Source of the DNA: Candidatus Auribacterota bacterium | Lineage (GTDB): Bacteria > Auribacterota > UBA6266 | DNA length: 10,365 nucleotides | Assembly: GCA_023136205.1 (NCBI GenBank) | Contig: JAGLRQ010000117.1 | Span: 1-10,365 of the forward strand | Direction: 5' to 3' | Shown: positions 5,365 through 10,365 of the stretch, piece by piece | Layout of the letters: the number at the start of each line of letters is the position of its first letter | How positions within the stretch are numbered: the stretch's first letter is position 1 | Program-made: the position numbers and the translations under genes | Notes under the pieces: model-generated | Databases searched by the model: none | Seen by the model: only the letters and a program-made list of their open reading frames with translations | What the model was told of the DNA's origin: nothing

Positions 5365-6084
5365 GTGACTGAAAGCTTACGTCTTCAAAAATTCCTGGCA
5401 GCGGCGGGAATAGCCGCGAGGCGCAAGTGTGAGGAATTTATAGCCCTTGGGTTTGTCAGCGTAAACGGCGAAAAGATAACTGAACCGGGATTAAAAATCA
5501 ATCCCGAAAAAGATATAGTGCTTTTCAAAGGAAAAAAGGTTCTTCCCGAAAAGAAAATTTATTACATCCTGAATAAACCAAAAGGATACGTTTGTTCCTG
5601 TTCCCGTAAAGACAGATCGCTGATAGTAATAGATCTTATTCCCGGAAAAAAAATATTTCCTGTGGGAAGGCTGGATAAAGGAACTGAAGGATTATTAATT
5701 TTAACAAATGACGGTGATGTCACGCAGAAAATAATCCATCCTTCAAAGAAGGTAGTTAAAAGTTATTATGTCGTAATAGATAGAAAAATATCTCTCGCCG
5801 ACACGGATAAAATTCGAAAGGGGGTAAAAATAGACGAGAAAATCACTTTGTCAGCCGTTGTTACCCCTTCAGGCTCAGCAAAAAACAAGCTGACTGTAGA
5901 GATAACTGAAGGACGCAACAGGCAGATAAGAAAGATCTTTGAAGCCGTTGGTTACAAAATTGTTTATTTAAAAAGAAAATCAATAGGAAAACTTTCCCTC
6001 TGCGGCCTACAAACAGGAGAATATAAAGAAATCAGCAGGGATTTCCTATGCAGGAAAATACCGATAAGTTTTAAAAATGCATAA
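5365..6084 (+). CDS. rluB: 23S rRNA pseudouridine synthase, RsuA/RluB family (RluB-like)
   Basis: GTG start. N-terminal S4 RNA-binding domain (LRLQKFLAAAGIAARRKCEEFIALGFVSVNG). Catalytic motif GRLDKGTEGLLILTNDG with the Asp in RLD. The ITEGRNRQIRK motif is also present. Confidence 0.88.
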   Translation: MTESLRLQKFLAAAGIAARRKCEEFIALGFVSVNGEKITEPGLKINPEKDIVLFKGKKVLPEKKIYYILNKPKGYVCSCSRKDRSLIVIDLIPGKKIFPVGRLDKGTEGLLILTNDGDVTQKIIHPSKKVVKSYYVVIDRKISLADTDKIRKGVKIDEKITLSAVVTPSGSAKNKLTVEITEGRNRQIRKIFEAVGYKIVYLKRKSIGKLSLCGLQTGEYKEISRDFLCRKIPISFKNA

Positions 6085-6895
6085 ACCTACACTTATATTA
6101 TTTATCTTTAGTCTATCTTTATTTCAGATGCCGCAAAAAGCTGACGCTTCATATTGCGAGATAACAGGCAGCAGGGTGAACGTCCGTTCAGGGCCCGGAA
6201 CCAATTATGATGTTATATGCCAGATTCATAAAGGCGATATTGTCAAAACCGAGGGGATCGAGGGAGAATGGGCCTGTATTTATCCTAATGAAAAAGTTTT
6301 TGGATGGGTCAAATCACCCTACCTGGATAAAGAAGGAACCGTTAGCGTAAAAAAACTCAATGTAAGGGCCGGAGCAAACGAAAACTTTTCGCTGATATGC
6401 GCACTGGACAAAGGCTATAAAGTTTCTATTGTAGGGGAGTTTGGTTCGTGGAAAAAAATACTTCTTCCGCAACACGCCCGCGTTTATATCTACAATAAGT
6501 ACGTAAAAAGCCTGCCCTCAAAGATACGGGCTGTAGGTAAAGCAACTGCTGCCGAACCGGCCGGTGAAATCGCGGAAGTAACAGTAGCTGCCAGCATAAC
6601 ACCCGCGGCAGAGAACGATAATCGAAAAGAATATATCTCGAAGAAAATTACAGTTGCCGGATGGCTGGAAGACCTCGGTGTTTTAATAAACAGGCCGGGA
6701 ACCTATAAATTGCTTGAACCTTCTAACAGAAGAAGCATTCTTTATTATGTTAAAGAAGGCAAAAAATCGCTGTCGCCTTATTCAAAAAGTTATGTAAAAA
6801 TAACCGGCAGGGCTTATTACGTTACCAGCTGGTCCCGGCCGGTTATTGAAGTTGAAGAAATAACAAAAAAAAACAATTATGAAAATATCTTTTAA
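6077..6895 (+). CDS. Secreted protein with two SH3b domains, an Ala-rich linker and an uncharacterised C-terminal domain
   Basis: Signal peptide MHKPTLILFIFSLSLFQMPQKADA. Two SH3b-type units: GSRVNVRSGPGTNYDVICQIHKGDIVKTEGIEGEWACI and VKKLNVRAGANENFSLICALDKGYKVSIVGEFGSWKKILLP. Linker AVGKATAAEPAGEIAEVTVAASITPAAEN. A beta-rich C-terminal segment ends ...YVKITGRAYYVTSWSRPVIEVEEI. It overlaps rluB by 8 nt (ATGCATAA) and rnfC by 17 nt. Confidence 0.85.
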   Translation: MHKPTLILFIFSLSLFQMPQKADASYCEITGSRVNVRSGPGTNYDVICQIHKGDIVKTEGIEGEWACIYPNEKVFGWVKSPYLDKEGTVSVKKLNVRAGANENFSLICALDKGYKVSIVGEFGSWKKILLPQHARVYIYNKYVKSLPSKIRAVGKATAAEPAGEIAEVTVAASITPAAENDNRKEYISKKITVAGWLEDLGVLINRPGTYKLLEPSNRRSILYYVKEGKKSLSPYSKSYVKITGRAYYVTSWSRPVIEVEEITKKNNYENIF

Positions 6896-8198
6896 AGGCG
6901 GAGTACACCCGCCCGAAAATAAACATCTTTGCAAAGGCCTCAAAATAAAGGAACTGCCTGCTCCTGAAACCGCGTATTTTGCGCTGCAGCAGAGTATCGG
7001 TTCTCCCTCGGAACCTGTTGTTAAAAAAGGCGATTCGGTAAAACGCGGAACCTGCATTGCCAGGGCCACCGGATTTATCTCTTCAAATGTCCATTCAAGT
7101 ATATCCGGAGAAGTTATTGACATAAAAAAGCATCCTCATCCTCTTCTGGGATGCGCGCGGGCCGTAATAGTAAAGTCCGATGGGCAGGATACTCCCTGCG
7201 GGAGTTTTCAGGAAAGTGACTTTTCAGCAGCTTTGTTTGATAAAAATAAGATTTTAAAAGCTGTCTCTGACAGTGGTATTGTCGGGCTCGGAGGCGCGGC
7301 ATTTCCGACACATGTTAAGCTGAATCCTCCGGCAGAAAAACCAATTAATACAGTTATAATAAACGGAGCTGAATGCGAACCTTACCTTACCTCCGACCAT
7401 TCGCTCATGCTCTCATCCGCCGAAAAAATTGTTAAGGGCGCTATACTTATAACAAAAGCTGTTAACGCGAAAGAATGTGTAATTGCCGTTGAGAAGAATA
7501 AGCCCGATGCTATTGATTTAATTAAAAAGGCATGTGAAAAATATAACAATTTAAAAGTCATTGCTTTCAATGTAAAATATCCCCAGGGAGCGGAAAAACA
7601 ATTAATTTTTTCAGTCACCGCGAAAGAAGTCCCTTCCGGAACCCTTCCCATGGATGTAGGGGTACTTGTTCAAAATGTCGGCACAGCTAATGCCGTTTAT
7701 GAAGCTGTAGTAATGAAAAAACCCCTGTATGAACGGGTTGTCACCCTTTCCGGAAGAGGGATCCTGAATCCCTGCAACTGGAAAGTCCGCATAGGAACTC
7801 CTTTTAGAAACGTCATTAATGCTGTAGGCTTATCAGGTGAAACAGTGGAAAAGCTTATTATGGGCGGCCCCATGATGGGTTTGGCGCAGTATACGGATGA
7901 GGTTCCGGTTATAAAAGGAACCTCGGGAATTTTAGTTCTGACAAAAAAAGAAGCTCTGCCGTTTAAACATCTTCCCTGCATAAGATGCGGAAAGTGTGTG
8001 GAAGTTTGTCCAATGGGATTAATACCCGCGGATTTAAGTAAATTTGTCTCCGGGGAAAAAACAGATGAAGCTAAGGAAATAGGCCTTCTGGATTGTATGG
8101 AATGCGGTTCATGCAACTATATCTGCCCTTCAGGGACAAATCTTTTGCAGTACATTAAACTTGGAAAATACGAACTGATGAGGAAGAAAAATGCTTAG
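6879..8198 (+). CDS. rnfC: Rnf electron transport complex subunit C
   Basis: Canonical N-terminus MKISFKGGVHPPENKH. GLGGAAFPTHVKL nucleotide/FMN-binding motif. NGAECEPYLTSD motif. Two 4Fe-4S ferredoxin motifs, CIRCGKCVEVCP and CMECGSCNYICP. Confidence 0.95.
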   Translation: MKISFKGGVHPPENKHLCKGLKIKELPAPETAYFALQQSIGSPSEPVVKKGDSVKRGTCIARATGFISSNVHSSISGEVIDIKKHPHPLLGCARAVIVKSDGQDTPCGSFQESDFSAALFDKNKILKAVSDSGIVGLGGAAFPTHVKLNPPAEKPINTVIINGAECEPYLTSDHSLMLSSAEKIVKGAILITKAVNAKECVIAVEKNKPDAIDLIKKACEKYNNLKVIAFNVKYPQGAEKQLIFSVTAKEVPSGTLPMDVGVLVQNVGTANAVYEAVVMKKPLYERVVTLSGRGILNPCNWKVRIGTPFRNVINAVGLSGETVEKLIMGGPMMGLAQYTDEVPVIKGTSGILVLTKKEALPFKHLPCIRCGKCVEVCPMGLIPADLSKFVSGEKTDEAKEIGLLDCMECGSCNYICPSGTNLLQYIKLGKYELMRKKNA

Positions 8199-9159
8199 GG
8201 ACAAACACCTGACTGTTACAGTTTCGCCGCACATTAAAACTGACTTAACAACCGAAAAAATGATGTGGACTGTAATTACGGTGTTACTGCCTGTTGCCGC
8301 GGCCGGTGTATATTTTTTCGGGATTCACGCGGGGCTGGTAATCCTTGTTTCAATTATCTCCGCTGTTTTAGCCGAGTCCCTGTGCCTTAAGATAATGCGC
8401 CGCGGTACTGCTGTAACAGATGGAAGCGCTTTTTTGACCGGGCTTCTTCTCTCTCTGTGCCTTCCGCCTGAGATACCTTTATGGATGGCAGCTCTCGGGA
8501 GTTTCTTCGCGATAGCCGTTGGAAAACAGGCTTTCGGCGGATTGGGATACAATATATTTAATCCTGCTCTGGCAGGAAGAGCGTTTCTTATGCTTTCTTT
8601 CGCGAAAGAGATGACAACCTGGAAAACGCTAACACGTTTTCCTGACAGCATTACAGCGGCAACCCCGCTGAATTTACTCAAAGAACAGGGAACAGATGCC
8701 CTTATGACAGTTTACGGTTCGATGCCTCATCTCTATAAAAAACTATTTCTTGGAAATGTCGGGGGCTCCATCGGCGAAACATCCGCGGTTCTTTTATTAA
8801 TAGGAGGGTGTTTCCTTATTGCCCGCGGGATAATTACCTGGCACATTCCTGTTTCATATCTGGCAACAGTGGCAGTAATATCGGTTTTTACCGGAGGAAT
8901 TTCTAATGTTCTGTTTCAACTGCTGGCCGGCGGTTTAATGCTCGGCGCTTTCTTTATGGCAACGGATCTTGTAACAACCCCGATAACCAAAAGCGGCCAG
9001 ATAATTTTCGGTATCGGGTGCGGCCTTATAACGATGCTTATAAGAGTAAGGGGGGGATATCCGGAAGGAGTCTGTTATTCAATACTACTGCTGAACGCGG
9101 TTACTCCTTTGATAGAGAGGTTTACTAAAACCAGGATTTTCGGGACGCAAAAACAATGA
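8191..9159 (+). CDS. rnfD: Rnf electron transport complex subunit D
   Basis: Polytopic membrane protein of the NqrB/RnfD type: VSPHIK near the N-terminus, NPALAGRAFL, and GGSIGETSAVLLLIGG. The covalent-FMN acceptor motif is present as D-S-I-T-A-A-T-P-L. It overlaps rnfC by 8 nt. Confidence 0.95.
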   Translation: MLRDKHLTVTVSPHIKTDLTTEKMMWTVITVLLPVAAAGVYFFGIHAGLVILVSIISAVLAESLCLKIMRRGTAVTDGSAFLTGLLLSLCLPPEIPLWMAALGSFFAIAVGKQAFGGLGYNIFNPALAGRAFLMLSFAKEMTTWKTLTRFPDSITAATPLNLLKEQGTDALMTVYGSMPHLYKKLFLGNVGGSIGETSAVLLLIGGCFLIARGIITWHIPVSYLATVAVISVFTGGISNVLFQLLAGGLMLGAFFMATDLVTTPITKSGQIIFGIGCGLITMLIRVRGGYPEGVCYSILLLNAVTPLIERFTKTRIFGTQKQ

Positions 9160-9773
9160 AAAATACAAGAACCCTGATTCAGGAAACAACAAAAGGTATT
9201 ATTGAGCGCAATCCGATATTTGTTCTCTGTCTCGGATTATGCCCGGTGCTTGCTGTTTCAAACCTGGTGGAAAACGCGGTTTATATGGGAGCGGCATTTA
9301 CTTTTGTTATGTTCTTTTCAAACATTACTGTTTCGATGGTCAGGAAAATAATCCCCGAAAAAGTAAGGATTCCCTGTTATATCGTGATCATTGCCTCATT
9401 TGTAACAGTAGCGGGCCTGCTTATGCAATGGTTTATCCCGGGGGTTTACAAGAAAATGAGCCTTTTTATAAATCTTATAGTTGTCAACTGTATTGTCCTT
9501 GGAAGGGCTGAGTTTTTTGCTTCCAAAAATAATGTTGTAAGGTCCGCGGCTGATGCTGTTGGAATGGGAATCGGTTTTACCGGTGCTCTCTTTATTATCG
9601 CGGTAATCAGGGAAATCAGCGGTTTCGGAACCTTTTACGGCATCAAAATAACTCCCGAGGCTTTTAAGCCGATTACATCAATGATACTTGCTCCCGGGGC
9701 ATTTCTTACGATAGGTTTTCTAATAGCTCTTTTTAATTACATTAAATTAAAGAAAGGTAACATTTCAGAATAA
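9156..9773 (+). CDS. rnfE: Rnf electron transport complex subunit E
   Basis: NPIFVLCLGLCPVLAV and LIVVNCIVLGRAE motifs are typical of RnfE/NqrD. The size is the expected about 205 aa. The start overlaps the rnfD stop (ATGA at 9156-9159). Confidence 0.95.
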   Translation: MKNTRTLIQETTKGIIERNPIFVLCLGLCPVLAVSNLVENAVYMGAAFTFVMFFSNITVSMVRKIIPEKVRIPCYIVIIASFVTVAGLLMQWFIPGVYKKMSLFINLIVVNCIVLGRAEFFASKNNVVRSAADAVGMGIGFTGALFIIAVIREISGFGTFYGIKITPEAFKPITSMILAPGAFLTIGFLIALFNYIKLKKGNISE

Positions 9774-10365
9774 TGGATTTGGGACGGTTATTTGCAATTT
9801 TTATGAGCGCGGTTTTTGTGCAGAACTATATATTCTCAAGGTTCTTGGGTTTATGTCCTTATGTAGGAGTTTCTAAAGACACATCTTCTGCCATGGGAAT
9901 GGGTTTTGCGGTAGTGTTTGTTATGACTATGGCGTCGCTTGTTACATGGGTTTTGTATTCCTACGTGCTGATGCCGCTTGATTTAACTTATCTTAAGATT
10001 GTCGCTTTCATCCTTGTTATCGCGTCTTTTGTGCAATTCGTGGAAATGTTCCTGAAGAAAACAGTTCCGGCTTTGCATAAGTCTCTGGGAATATATCTGC
10101 CTTTGATAACCACTAACTGTGCTGTTCTCGGCGTAGCTTTTTTAAACATAACCGATTTTGAATCTGAAAGTTTCGGGCTTGTGAAATCCGCTCTTCAGGG
10201 TTTCTTTGCCGGCGCGGGCTTCATGCTCGCAATGATCATAATGTCGGGCATCAGGGGAAAACTGGAATTTGCCGATATTCCCGAATCAATGAAAGGCCTT
10301 GCTATCGTTTTTATAACCGCCGGCCTTATATCAATAGCCTTTATGGGATTCTCAGGGTTTCAATT
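9773..10365 (+). CDS. rnfA: Rnf electron transport complex subunit A (3' end at or just beyond the window edge)
   Basis: Not in the ORF track because there is no stop in the window. ATG at 9773 overlaps the rnfE TAA (TAATG). Translation is open for 197 codons: MDLGRLFAIFMSAVFVQNYIFSRFLGLCPYVGVSKDTSSAMGMGFAVVFVMT...LPLITTNCAVLGVAF...LAIVFITAGLISIAFMGFSGFQ. This is canonical RnfA/NqrE. The length already equals a full RnfA, so the stop is probably only a few codons beyond the window. Confidence 0.92.
   Translation, partial: MDLGRLFAIFMSAVFVQNYIFSRFLGLCPYVGVSKDTSSAMGMGFAVVFVMTMASLVTWVLYSYVLMPLDLTYLKIVAFILVIASFVQFVEMFLKKTVPALHKSLGIYLPLITTNCAVLGVAFLNITDFESESFGLVKSALQGFFAGAGFMLAMIIMSGIRGKLEFADIPESMKGLAIVFITAGLISIAFMGFSGFQ

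Noticed and set aside
6865-6873. A9 tract whose one-base contraction would fuse the SH3b ORF to rnfC.
   Set aside because: The fusion would join a signal-peptide-bearing periplasmic protein to the cytoplasmic, Fe-S/flavin-containing RnfC, which is topologically implausible. The RnfC N-terminus MKISFKGGVHP is canonical as a free start. It is kept only as a note under the poly-A finding.
6782-9511. Track ORFs 6782-7123 (-), 7114-7311 (-), 7382-7651 (-), 7697-8116 (-), 8325-8681 (-) and 9239-9511 (+).
   Set aside because: They overlap rnfC, rnfD or rnfE, whose sense frames carry canonical Rnf motifs. None has an independent coding signature.
8191-10365. Alternative reading of the membrane subunits as Na+-NQR (nqrB/D/E) rather than Rnf.
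   Set aside because: The first gene of the set is an unambiguous RnfC with two 4Fe-4S motifs and a GGAAFP motif, not NqrA. An nqr locus would also need nqrC between B and D, which is equally absent.
1-10365. Defence system, prophage, integrative element or toxin-antitoxin content.
   Set aside because: No nuclease, helicase, ATPase, methyltransferase, integrase, transposase or phage-like ORF is present, and there are no flanking tRNA or att-like repeats. Every sizeable ORF is accounted for by envelope, RNA-modification or energy-conservation functions.

Overview
AT-rich (about 40% G+C by eye, not computed), densely coding bacterial chromosomal segment. All calls rest on motif recognition by eye; no database search was possible. 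I see no rRNA, tRNA, CRISPR array, transposase, integrase or recognisable defence gene, so this looks like core genome rather than an accessory island.

Layout:
- 1-440 (-): a 3'-truncated membrane protein with several zinc ribbons. It is missing from the ORF track because it runs off the edge.
- 591-2318 (+): a tight three-gene cell-envelope module. It encodes a secreted coiled-coil/TPR-like protein resembling YbgF/CpoB, a membrane-anchored SLT-family lytic transglycosylase, and an M23/LytM protein with a degenerate active site.
- 2331-3572 (-): a secreted protein with an SH3b-like domain, three helical repeats and a C39-like cysteine peptidase domain.
- 3692-4117 (+): a YbgC-type acyl-CoA thioesterase.
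- 4216-10365 (+): an unbroken co-directional array of a TPR protein, a 52-aa small basic protein (not in the track), an RluB-like pseudouridine synthase, a secreted double-SH3b protein, and rnfC, rnfD, rnfE and rnfA (3' end off the window).

Most notable points:
- The rnf cluster has no rnfG in its canonical place between rnfD and rnfE, although the other subunits keep their cofactor motifs.
- rnfC is overlapped by an upstream secreted SH3b gene.
- An apparently inactive LytM factor sits next to a lytic transglycosylase.
- The SH3b/repeat/C39-like peptidase architecture is uncharacterised.

I do not see a clear-cut novel multi-gene system such as a defence or mobile element. The findings are moderate-interest hypotheses. 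The small basic protein family and the overall gene content hint at a PVC-type or candidate-phylum bacterium, but that is a guess.
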